NCBI GenBank assembly: GCA_050246815.1
Contig: JBFWVI010000037.1
Span: forward strand, 20,604-33,964
Direction: 5' to 3'
DNA from: Bdellovibrionales bacterium
Lineage (GTDB): Bacteria; Bdellovibrionota; Bdellovibrionia; Bdellovibrionales; UBA1609
Length of the DNA stretch: 13,361 nt
Below are positions 1 to 7,366 of the stretch, piece after piece. How positions within the stretch are numbered: position 1 is the stretch's first letter; each line of letters begins with the position of its first letter. A model generated the notes under the pieces. That model was not told where the DNA came from and did no database searches. It was given only the letters and a program-made list of their open reading frames with translations. The position numbers and the translations under genes are program-made.

Positions 1-101
1 CTGCAGAACGCTGTGCATCCTGCCTCAAAGCGAGATTTTTACCATCTTTCGTCTAGTTTCACTATTTCGAGTCCGATAGAGAACAGGCAGGGGGCTCCGC
101 T

Positions 102-869
102 ATGCGCATTCCCAATCAAGCCTATATCGTCCTGGCCGTTGCAGCTTCGTTGGCTGTTTTTTTTAATAACTGTCAGCAAGATGTTGGTTTTGTTTCGGCA
201 GAATTAAAAACCCAAGGCGAATTGCCACCTAATCCCACCCCAAGCGACATTGAAAAGACATGTCAAAACACCACTCGCCAAAGCAAAGTGGTCAGCGTCA
301 ACTTTCCAAAGCCCAATATGACTTGCGAATGGGGCGTCGATGGCAACCTGAACGAGCGAAATGATTACTTTCAAGCGCGCATTGAGCAGTCCTTGGAAGT
401 CGATATTCCCGAGAATACTTTGATTTGCAATATGGTGTTCTCCTTCAACCGACAGCAGTTCCTGTATGATGATCACTTTTTAATGACCTTCAACAATATG
501 GTGATGGCTTCGTCTTACGACTACAGTGAGTTTTTACTGCAAAACAATGGTCTGCAAACTTATGATTGGTCGCGAATTGCGGGGCAAAAATGGGATTCTA
601 ATTCACCCAAAGAGGGCATCTTTTGTGCCTCAGTCGAAGGGCCAAACGGCACCCCCATCAACAGCGTGTGCGATTGGCCCGTCACCGACACCGACGGCAC
701 CATCGAAATGGCGTTTCCCAAAGAAATTTTTTACGCCATCATGGCTCGTGACTCCAAACGCTTGAAGCACGAATTTAAATTTGTGTCAGTGGGCGATAAC
801 GACGACAAAGACTGTGAGCATTCGAACCTTCAGTTTGATGTCATGGTCGAATACGTTTTGACGAAGTAG
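102..869 (+). CDS. Putative secreted lipoprotein, Cys-rich hypothetical protein (255 aa)
   Basis: ORF preceded by purine-rich CAGGGGG. N-terminus MRIPNQAYIVLAVAASLAVFFNNC is a hydrophobic stretch ending in an FxNC lipobox-like motif. Six further Cys. No domain recognised. Confidence 0.75.
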   Translation: MRIPNQAYIVLAVAASLAVFFNNCQQDVGFVSAELKTQGELPPNPTPSDIEKTCQNTTRQSKVVSVNFPKPNMTCEWGVDGNLNERNDYFQARIEQSLEVDIPENTLICNMVFSFNRQQFLYDDHFLMTFNNMVMASSYDYSEFLLQNNGLQTYDWSRIAGQKWDSNSPKEGIFCASVEGPNGTPINSVCDWPVTDTDGTIEMAFPKEIFYAIMARDSKRLKHEFKFVSVGDNDDKDCEHSNLQFDVMVEYVLTK

Positions 870-951
870 CGGATCCCCCAACTTCAGTTGAATCTGACAA
901 CGACCTCTGAAATGACAAACCAGCCGCACCCACAAGGCAAAGCGGGCGCCA

Positions 952-1110
952 TTCTGTAGAGTACGGGTTTGCATACCCCCATCACGAGGACCTCCGCGGA
1001 GGGAAGCCTCTGTACACGGGGGCCGAGGGCAGGAGGCCCGAGCCGGAGCGGTGAACGACGGATGAAGTGTGTCCTCGTGAGGGGGGTATGCAAACCCTCA
1101 CTCTGCAGAA
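952..1110. repeat. Structured intergenic element (REP/REPIN- or MITE-like, or structured RNA) with 40-bp terminal inverted arms
   Basis: 952-991 versus reverse complement of 1071-1110 matches at 36/40. Interior has palindrome CCTCCGCGGAGG (991-1002) and short hairpins CGGAGG-GAAG-CCTCTG and GGGC-AGGAG-GCCC. Lies between two convergent genes. Confidence 0.8.
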
Positions 1111-1114
1111 GACG

Positions 1115-2134
1115 CTAGGCTTTCCTAGGATCGAAGGCGTCGCGGACGCCCTCACCGATCAGATTCAAGACCGACAAAGTCAGGATCATGGCAAGCGATG
1201 GATAAATCGCCAGCCACCAAGCGATAGTGAAATAGTTCTGCGCCTGCTGAAGAAGTTCTCCCCACGACGGGGTCGGAGGTGGCAGCCCCATACCAAGATA
1301 ATCTAAGGCCGCGAGGGCATAAATTTCTGCGGCAATCATGAACGGTGAAAAAGTGATGATAGGGCCTAAGGCATTAGGCAAAATATGGCGAAAGATCACG
1401 CGGCGTTGACTGATTCCCTGGGCGCGTGCGGCCTCGACAAAGTCGCGCTTGCGCAACTTCAAAAACTCGGCACGCATGTAAGCCGAAATTTGCATCCAGC
1501 CAAAGACCACCGAAAAAATCACCAAAAGCATAAGCGAGGCGCCAAAGATCGACACCAAAGTAATCAACATCAATAGATACGGCATGGATTCAAATACTTC
1601 CACCAAACGCTGCGAAATCATATCGAACTTACCGCCGACAAAACCCATCAGGGAGCCTGCAAACACACCGACGATGTATGAAAAGATCCAAACCAACAGG
1701 GCAAAGCCGATGCTAAAGCGAAAGCCATAGATCAAACGCGACAGCACGTCCCGACCGCGATCATCTGTGCCCAGCCAGTTTTGCGCACTGGGCGGCGCGG
1801 GATAAGTTTCCACCGAAGTGTTAGACTCATAGGGATCCCATTTGACCAAAGGCCATAGCACAAAATCATCATCGCCAATTTCAAGCGCGCGGTAGTTGGT
1901 GACCATTTGATCTTCTACCCCAAATTGACTGGGATGATAGGTTGCGATTACCGGCACAAACCATTCGCCCTTGAACTTCATGAGCAAAGGTTTGCTATTG
2001 GCCCAAAATTCGGCGCTGACACTTAAAAAGAGTAAAAAGGCAAAAATCCAAACTGAAATCACACTGCGCTTCACCGATTTGAATCGCCGATAGCGCTTGA
2101 GTGTCAGATCATTTTTAATGCGTTTTTCAATCAT
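1115..2134 (-). CDS. yejE: Peptide ABC transporter permease, YejE/OppC-like
   Basis: N-terminal YRRFKSVKRSVISVWIF...AEFWANSKP, WLGTDDRGRDVLSRLIYGFR, EAA loop (DFVEAARAQG...IFRHILPNA), C-terminal GEGVRDAFDPR. Confidence 0.92.
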   Translation of the reverse strand: MIEKRIKNDLTLKRYRRFKSVKRSVISVWIFAFLLFLSVSAEFWANSKPLLMKFKGEWFVPVIATYHPSQFGVEDQMVTNYRALEIGDDDFVLWPLVKWDPYESNTSVETYPAPPSAQNWLGTDDRGRDVLSRLIYGFRFSIGFALLVWIFSYIVGVFAGSLMGFVGGKFDMISQRLVEVFESMPYLLMLITLVSIFGASLMLLVIFSVVFGWMQISAYMRAEFLKLRKRDFVEAARAQGISQRRVIFRHILPNALGPIITFSPFMIAAEIYALAALDYLGMGLPPPTPSWGELLQQAQNYFTIAWWLAIYPSLAMILTLSVLNLIGEGVRDAFDPRKA

Positions 2135-3165
2135 GTGAAGTCAATCCTTGGATCGATCAACACATAGGTAAGATCGCTGACCAAGCGGCCAACCAAAGCC
2201 AGCAGCGCTTGAAAGAAAATCAACGCCATCAACACATTGTAATCACGGGCCAAAGCCGCCTTGTAGCCAAGTAGCCCCATGCCATCCAAATTAAAAATTT
2301 GTTCAATCAAAATGGAGCCCGCAAAAAAGACCGCCAAAAAACTGCCCAGTCCCGTGGCGATTGGAATCAAGGCATTGCGAAGCGCATGTTTGTAGATCAC
2401 TGTGCGCTCATCTAAGCCCTTGGCGCGGGCGGTGCGCACATAATCTAGCTTCACCTCTTCGAGCAAAGAGTTCTTCATCAAAAAAGTCACGATAGTGAAA
2501 TTGCCAACCACATAGCAAGTCAGGGGCAAAATAAAATGGTGCGCGCGATCTTTGATTTTATCCCAAGTGCTCATATCAAAATAGTTGTCGGAATAAAGGT
2601 CGCCCAGCGGAAACCAATCGGTCAATTGCCCGCCGGCCAAATAAACTCTGAGCAAAATACCCAGAATCAGCGGCGGTATCGAGTACATCACCATCAGCGT
2701 CACACTAGAAACCATATCAAAGCGCGAACCGTCGCGAACCGCCTTGGCAATGCCCAACGGAATGCATATTAGATAAGTCAAAATGAGCGAGATGATGCCA
2801 AACTGCAAAGACACCGGAAACTTGCTGGCCAAGACCTCGGTCACCGGTTCTTCCGTGGAAAAGCTATCGCCAAAATCCAAGGTCACGATATTTTTAAGCC
2901 AAATTGCGTAGCGCACATGCACTGGCTTGTCGAAGCCGTATTGCTTTTTAAGGGCTGCGATCACTTCGTCCGATACACCGTAATTGCCACCACCGGCACT
3001 GGCGCCGCCACCTCCGCCGGAGCCACCACCCGCAAATCGCATGGCAATCAGCTTCTGCTCGATTGGCCCACCCGGTGCCAGATTGATGATGACAAAACAC
3101 AAAAGAGTGATCCCGAACAAAGTCGGGATCATCATCAATATGCGCTTTAGAATATATTTAAGCAT
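2131..3165 (-). CDS. yejB: Peptide ABC transporter permease, YejB/OppB-like
   Basis: MLKYILKRILMMIPTLFGI...APGGPIEQ, KQYGFDKP, EAA loop YVRTARAKGL...KHALRNA, C-terminal DPRIDF. Its stop overlaps the next start (ATGA-type coupling). Confidence 0.92.
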   Translation of the reverse strand: MLKYILKRILMMIPTLFGITLLCFVIINLAPGGPIEQKLIAMRFAGGGSGGGGGASAGGGNYGVSDEVIAALKKQYGFDKPVHVRYAIWLKNIVTLDFGDSFSTEEPVTEVLASKFPVSLQFGIISLILTYLICIPLGIAKAVRDGSRFDMVSSVTLMVMYSIPPLILGILLRVYLAGGQLTDWFPLGDLYSDNYFDMSTWDKIKDRAHHFILPLTCYVVGNFTIVTFLMKNSLLEEVKLDYVRTARAKGLDERTVIYKHALRNALIPIATGLGSFLAVFFAGSILIEQIFNLDGMGLLGYKAALARDYNVLMALIFFQALLALVGRLVSDLTYVLIDPRIDFT

Positions 3166-3185
3166 TAGGGCTTAGTCTTAATACT

Positions 3186-4838
3186 TTACTGCTGAACCCA
3201 CCAGTAATATCGGCCCAAGTTGTATTTATAAGTATCTTTGACCATGCCGATCTTTTTGTTGTGCGCATAGAGCACGTATTTTTCGTTGAACAAGAAGGCA
3301 TAGGGAGCATCATCGGCGATCATACGATAGATTTTTTTCCACATGATGGAGCGTTTTTTTGCATCCAGCTCTTCACGGGCCTGGTCGATCAGCTTATCCA
3401 CATCTTTGTTGCTGTAGCTGATAAAATTAGAACCGCCGGGTTTTGCCGAATCGCTGTGCCAAATCTGCTTTTGGTCGGTTTCCAGCGAACCACCACCCCA
3501 AGCCAGAGAAACAGCATCAAACTTCTGTTCATCTAAAGATTTGACGAAGGTGTTCCACTCAACCACCTTCAGATTCATTTCAATGCCGGCTTTTTTCAAA
3601 TCTTCTTTGTACAGTGTGAAGTATTTTTCAACATCACGGCTGGGGAACAGCAGTTCAAAGCGAAACTCAGCTTTTTTACCGTCCACGGTTTTGTCCAAGA
3701 TGCCGTTTTTGTCGCGGTCTTCCCAACCGGCTTTTTTCAACAATGTCTTGGCCTTTTCGATGTCGAACAAGAAGGGCTTCACGCCAGAATCCGCGTGCGG
3801 GTTGTCGAATTGCCATGGACCCGTGGCGGGCACCGACAAACCGTAGCGGAACTTTTGGTTCATCTCTTCACGGTTCATCAGGTGCGCCAAGGCGACGCGC
3901 ACATCGCGATCCTTGAACAGCGGATTTTTGAAGTTCCAGGCCACGAAGCCATAGCCGCGGGTGGGATCCGAGTTTTCCACCTTCTTTTTAATAATGGTCG
4001 TGCCAAAGGGCGCGCCTTCGGTTTTTTTCATGAAAGCTTCCGGCGTTAACACATCGTAATCAAGCTGGGCTTTTTTCAGCATTTCGATCTCAAGATTCTC
4101 CTCTTTCACAAAACGAATCATGATTTTATCGAAGTTGTACTTGCCCTTGAGATGGTCCACGTTCCAGCCCCACCAATTTTTATTTTTAGCGAGGGTCAGA
4201 TTTTTACCTTTATTGTAAGACTCCAGCACATAGGGGCCAGAACCAACCAGATCTTTGTTCATCTTTTTGTTCGGATCGCCATAAAGGTGCTTCGGCACAA
4301 TGGCGGTGTAACCCACCGTGGCCATCACTTCCAAATTCAAGAAGTATTTTTTCTTGGTGGTGATCTTCACAGTGTGGGGATCCACCACCGTCACTTCGCC
4401 GATGTTTTCATAATAGGGAATGCGGTGCACGGCCTTGTAGCGAGGATCTTTCACCGAATCGAAGCTGAATTTCACATCTTCTGCAGTGACAGGCTTGCCG
4501 TCGGAAAACTTGGCGTCTTTGCGCAAAAAGAACGTGTAGGTCATTTGGTCTTTGCTGAGTTCGTAACGCTCGGCCAAGGCCGGCTCAAGCTCGTAGGTCT
4601 CAAGGTTCATGGTCATCATGCCATCCATCACGTACTCTTGCACGTAAGAGGCATACAGATCCGAGCTATTGATCGGATTCAGCTTCTCCGGTTCCGACGA
4701 AAAAGCCATCTGGAAAGTACCTCCTTGGGGAGCCGTCGGATTGCCGATTGTTTTGTACTCCAAATTGGCCGGCACACTGGCTGCCGCCATCGAAACTCCC
4801 ATTAAACCCAAACTCAAAGCTTGAACGAGCCACTTCAT
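3186..4838 (-). CDS. ABC transporter substrate-binding protein, family 5 (OppA/DppA/YejA-like)
   Basis: Signal peptide; family-5 signature PALAERYELS..TYTFFLRKDAKFSDGKPVTAEDVKFSF; VGSGPY; RBS GGAGG upstream (4846-4850, minus strand). Confidence 0.92.
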   Translation of the reverse strand: MKWLVQALSLGLMGVSMAAASVPANLEYKTIGNPTAPQGGTFQMAFSSEPEKLNPINSSDLYASYVQEYVMDGMMTMNLETYELEPALAERYELSKDQMTYTFFLRKDAKFSDGKPVTAEDVKFSFDSVKDPRYKAVHRIPYYENIGEVTVVDPHTVKITTKKKYFLNLEVMATVGYTAIVPKHLYGDPNKKMNKDLVGSGPYVLESYNKGKNLTLAKNKNWWGWNVDHLKGKYNFDKIMIRFVKEENLEIEMLKKAQLDYDVLTPEAFMKKTEGAPFGTTIIKKKVENSDPTRGYGFVAWNFKNPLFKDRDVRVALAHLMNREEMNQKFRYGLSVPATGPWQFDNPHADSGVKPFLFDIEKAKTLLKKAGWEDRDKNGILDKTVDGKKAEFRFELLFPSRDVEKYFTLYKEDLKKAGIEMNLKVVEWNTFVKSLDEQKFDAVSLAWGGGSLETDQKQIWHSDSAKPGGSNFISYSNKDVDKLIDQAREELDAKKRSIMWKKIYRMIADDAPYAFLFNEKYVLYAHNKKIGMVKDTYKYNLGRYYWWVQQ

Positions 4839-4882
4839 TTTAGAGCCTCCTTAGGCTTGGCTTAAATTTGCTAAGACGCTTT

Positions 4883-4910
4883 AATGTAATGATTTGAATT
4901 GAATTATCAA
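4883..4910 (-). promoter_or_regulatory. Candidate sigma70-type promoter for the ABC operon
   Basis: Minus strand TTGATA-N16-TACATT in the AT-rich divergent intergenic region. Confidence 0.35.
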
Positions 4911-4917
4911 GTTTCGA

Positions 4918-4946
4918 TTGTGGCTCCTTCTGCACCGCCGTAAGAT
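4918..4946 (+). promoter_or_regulatory. Candidate sigma70-type promoter for the agmatinase gene (near-leaderless)
   Basis: TTGTGG-N17-TAAGAT ending 10 nt before ATG 4957; no Shine-Dalgarno before that ATG. Confidence 0.3.
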
Positions 4947-4956
4947 CCGTCAAATC

Positions 4957-5988
4957 ATGACTTTCGATCCAAATGCCACACTCTCGCCGCAAAATGGTCT
5001 TTTTGGCCTACCCCACACACTAGAGCAGTCCCGCGTCGTGCTGCTGCCGGTGCCCTGGGATGTGACCACCTCTTACGGAGGGGGCACCGCCCGAGGACCT
5101 GAAACTATTTTGCGGGCCAGCGTTCAATTGGATCTGTTCGATCTGGAAGCAGGCGAGGCCTATCTGAAAGGCTTCCACATGCAACCAATCCCCGAAGAAT
5201 TAAGCCGGCAAAGCCAAAATTTGAGGCCGAAAGCCCTGCAGATCCGCCAGCAGCTGGAAGACACGGGCACATTGAATGAAAGTGGCCAGCAGCTTTTACA
5301 AGAAATCAATCAGGCTTGCGAGCGCATGGTCAACTGGGTTCATGACCAAACTAAGGACACTTTAAAACGGGGCAAGATCCCGGGGCTAGTTGGGGGCGAC
5401 CACTCCACTCCGCAGGGCGCCATCCAGGCCATCAGTGAATATTTTAACGGCAAATTTGGCATCTTGCACATCGATGCCCATGCCGACTTGCGCCAGGCTT
5501 ATCAGGGCTTTCAGTACTCGCATGCCTCGATCATGCACAATGTGATGCATGCCACTTGGCGCCCACAAAAACTCGTCCAGGTGGGCGTTCGAGACTTCTG
5601 CAAAGAAGAATACGACCTGATTCGCAGTAGCAATGACATTCAGACCTTTTTTGACCTAGAACTTAAGAGTCAGCTGTTCGCGGGAACTGCGTGGGCCCCT
5701 TTATGCAGCCAGATCGTTGAACACCTGCCAAAACAAGTTTATGTCTCTTTTGATATAGACGGTCTTTCACCCGAGTTTTGCCCCCACACCGGCACACCTG
5801 TGCCTGGCGGCCTTAGTTTTGACCAGGCGCTGTTTTTAATCCGTGCGGTGGCGTCTTCTGGTCGACGAATCATCGGTTTTGATTTAAATGAAGTGGCCCC
5901 AGGTCAGGATGAATGGGATGGCAATGTGGCAGCCCGCCTGCTTTACAAACTTTGTGGCTGGGCCGTTCAAACCAATAAGGAGTCCTAA
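4957..5988 (+). CDS. speB: Agmatinase / arginase-family ureohydrolase
   Basis: Motifs GGDHS, DAHADL, SHAS, SFDIDGL.P.FCP.TGTPVPGGL, GFDLNEV. ATG 4957 preferred over TTG 4918. Substrate not provable from sequence. Confidence 0.85.
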   Translation: MTFDPNATLSPQNGLFGLPHTLEQSRVVLLPVPWDVTTSYGGGTARGPETILRASVQLDLFDLEAGEAYLKGFHMQPIPEELSRQSQNLRPKALQIRQQLEDTGTLNESGQQLLQEINQACERMVNWVHDQTKDTLKRGKIPGLVGGDHSTPQGAIQAISEYFNGKFGILHIDAHADLRQAYQGFQYSHASIMHNVMHATWRPQKLVQVGVRDFCKEEYDLIRSSNDIQTFFDLELKSQLFAGTAWAPLCSQIVEHLPKQVYVSFDIDGLSPEFCPHTGTPVPGGLSFDQALFLIRAVASSGRRIIGFDLNEVAPGQDEWDGNVAARLLYKLCGWAVQTNKES

Positions 5989-5990
5989 AT

Positions 5991-6374
5991 ATGGAACAAT
6001 CGAACTCTTTGCGCTGGGTTCGCCTGAGCAATGACAAAATGGTAGCCGGCGTGGCCTCGGGTCTGGCGCGACAGCTGGATGTCGACACTTGGGTGATTCG
6101 CCTGGTGTGGGCGCTTTCCGCCCTCATTACCTTTGGCGGCTCGCTTTTGCTTTATTTGGCTTGTGTGATTGCCTTTCCTCGCTCGGATAAGGCGGATGCC
6201 GCACAAAAGAAAATGATCCTTGGGGTCTGCGCTCGCATCCATCAGCGGGGTGACATCGAAGTTGGTTTGGCTCGATTAATCGCATTGCTCCTGCTGGTGG
6301 GCACAGGTGGAGCGGCTCTGGTCGGCTACATTGTCCTTTATTTTGTCTTGTCTAAACCAAACGAAGTTTACTGA
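5991..6374 (+). CDS. PspC-domain membrane protein with two tandem PspC repeats
   Basis: Repeat 1 DKMVAGVASGLARQLDVDTWVIRLVW...LYLACVIAFP; repeat 2 KKMILGVCARI...GLARLI...GYIVLYFVL. RBS AAGGAG lies within the end of the agmatinase gene. Confidence 0.85.
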   Translation: MEQSNSLRWVRLSNDKMVAGVASGLARQLDVDTWVIRLVWALSALITFGGSLLLYLACVIAFPRSDKADAAQKKMILGVCARIHQRGDIEVGLARLIALLLLVGTGGAALVGYIVLYFVLSKPNEVY

Positions 6375-6480
6375 TAACTTCGGCCTACCTTTTTGAAATA
6401 AAAAAGACCGCTCTTGCGGTCTTTTTTATTTTCATGATTGCTGCGCTGCAGACGGAAAAAGAAGGGCCTACCTTGCGTAG
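6343..6480. repeat. Direct repeat copy 1 (138 bp): pspC 3' end, terminator and dksA 3' end
   Basis: Manual alignment to 7162-7299 (offset 819): 131/138 identical, no indels. Confidence 0.97.
6396..6431. terminator. Bidirectional rho-independent terminator between convergent pspC-like and dksA genes
   Basis: AAATAAAAAAGACCGC-TCTT-GCGGTCTTTTTTATTT: perfect 16-bp inverted repeat with a GC core and U-tracts in both directions. Confidence 0.9.
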
Positions 6481-6842
6481 CGCTTTCTGACGGACTCGCG
6501 GATTTCGGCGCCTTCGATGCTTAGGCGCGTCCATGGGATGGCCAGTAGACGCTCCACTTCGATTGGCTCTTCGGTTTCTTCGCAAATGCCGTACAGGCCC
6601 CGCTCAATACGACCTAAGGCCATTTCAATTTCCATTAGCTGTGTGCGTAGGCGCTCGTGCATGCTTAAGAATTCGCTTTCGGCTAACGCGCGCATGGTCT
6701 GGTCGCCCTCATCGCCGCCTTTGGCATCTTCGTTATTGTAAAGGTCCTGCCGCGATTCGCGGACGCGGTTGAGAATTTCGGATTTGGCCTCGATCAGCTT
6801 TTTTTTGCATTTGCTAACCAGGTCTTGCGACAAAGATGCCAT
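6468..6842 (-). CDS. dksA: DksA/TraR-family RNA polymerase-binding factor, single-Cys (likely Zn-free) type, 124 aa
   Basis: Coiled coil with tip DEGDQT; ALGRIERGLYGICEETEEPIEVERLLAIPWTRLSIEGAE. RBS GAGGGGG before ATG 6842, preferred over 6893. Confidence 0.88.
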   Translation of the reverse strand: MASLSQDLVSKCKKKLIEAKSEILNRVRESRQDLYNNEDAKGGDEGDQTMRALAESEFLSMHERLRTQLMEIEMALGRIERGLYGICEETEEPIEVERLLAIPWTRLSIEGAEIRESVRKRYAR

Positions 6843-7161
6843 GTGCTTTCCCCCTCTAAAATTTCCCCTCATTCCGCCTCGACCCTGCCTCACTCATGAT
6901 GCAGTGCCAATTTGGAACTGAACTATTTACACACGAGCTGCTAAAAAATTGCAAGGTCAATTTCTTACAGCCCCTTAAATGACCTAAGCTCACGACTAAA
7001 GTCATATTTTCGCGCGCTCTTCGAAGGCGACCTAATATCTTAAAAGGCTTGATAGCAGCGGACCAAACAGATTTTACGCATTGTATCAAAATAGGTCGGC
7101 CACGATCGACGCGAGGCAAAAAGAAGGGGCCCCGTGCGCGGCGGTTGATAAGAACCCGTTG

Positions 7162-7299
7162 TTGTCTTGTCTTAACCAAACGAAGTTTACTGATAACTTC
7201 GGCCTACCTTTTTGAAATAAAAAAGACCGCAAAAGCGATCTTTTTTATTTTCATGATTGCTGCGCTGCAGACGGAAAAAGAAGGGCCTACCTCGCGTAG
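7162..7299. repeat. Direct repeat copy 2 (138 bp), intergenic
   Basis: Differs from copy 1 at 7173, 7231-7234 (hairpin loop), 7238 and 7293. Confidence 0.97.
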
Positions 7300-7314
7300 T
7301 GCGGCACGTAGCAT
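7204..7314 (-). CDS. Putative 36-aa small ORF / leader peptide MLRAALREVGPSFSVCSAAIMKIKKIAFAVFFISKR (or truncated gene start fused to the repeat)
   Basis: AAAGGAGG (7327-7320) lies 5 nt before ATG 7314; open to TAG at 7206-7204. Below the ORF-track size cutoff. Most of it is duplicated non-coding sequence. Confidence 0.4.
   Translation of the reverse strand: MLRAALREVGPSFSVCSAAIMKIKKIAFAVFFISKR
7215..7250 (-). terminator. Duplicated terminator hairpin
   Basis: Minus strand GATCGC-TTTT-GCGGTC-TTTTTT. The stem change at 7238 gives a U-G wobble on the minus strand but a C-A mismatch on the plus strand. Confidence 0.7.
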
Positions 7315-7366
7315 GAGTTCCTCCTTTAAAACAATTTTTGATGCTTCAAACTCTGAATCTTCATAC

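Noticed and set aside
952..1110. 6S RNA, SRP RNA or CRISPR repeat
   Set aside because: No SRP helix-8 motif, the near-perfect closing stem and branched interior are unlike the 6S rod with central bubble, and there is no repeat-spacer periodicity. An Rfam scan is needed to be definitive.
4152..4805. Long antisense ORFs (also 8315-8854, 10677-11147, 12171-12659)
   Set aside because: Shadow ORFs opposite well-supported genes, with no protein-like motifs.
4858..4872. TGGC...TTGC sigma54-like box in the ABC/agmatinase intergenic region
   Set aside because: Spacing is GG-N9-GC, one base short.
6385..6585. 66-aa minus-strand ORF overlapping dksA
   Set aside because: Alternate frame inside dksA without its own RBS; relevant only as the frame used by the 36-aa ORF in copy 2.
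6894..6910. Sigma54 promoter for dksA (TTGGCAC on the minus strand)
   Set aside because: No GC at the required GG-N10 position.
6343..7299. Diversity-generating retroelement TR/VR pair (5 of 7 mismatches are A in copy 2)
   Set aside because: Mismatches cluster in one hairpin and fit a loop inversion. Most adenines are unchanged, the region is largely non-coding, and no reverse transcriptase is in the window.
6343..7299. attL/attR of an integrated element
   Set aside because: The enclosed DNA is the dksA gene and its upstream region; no integrase or tRNA is present.
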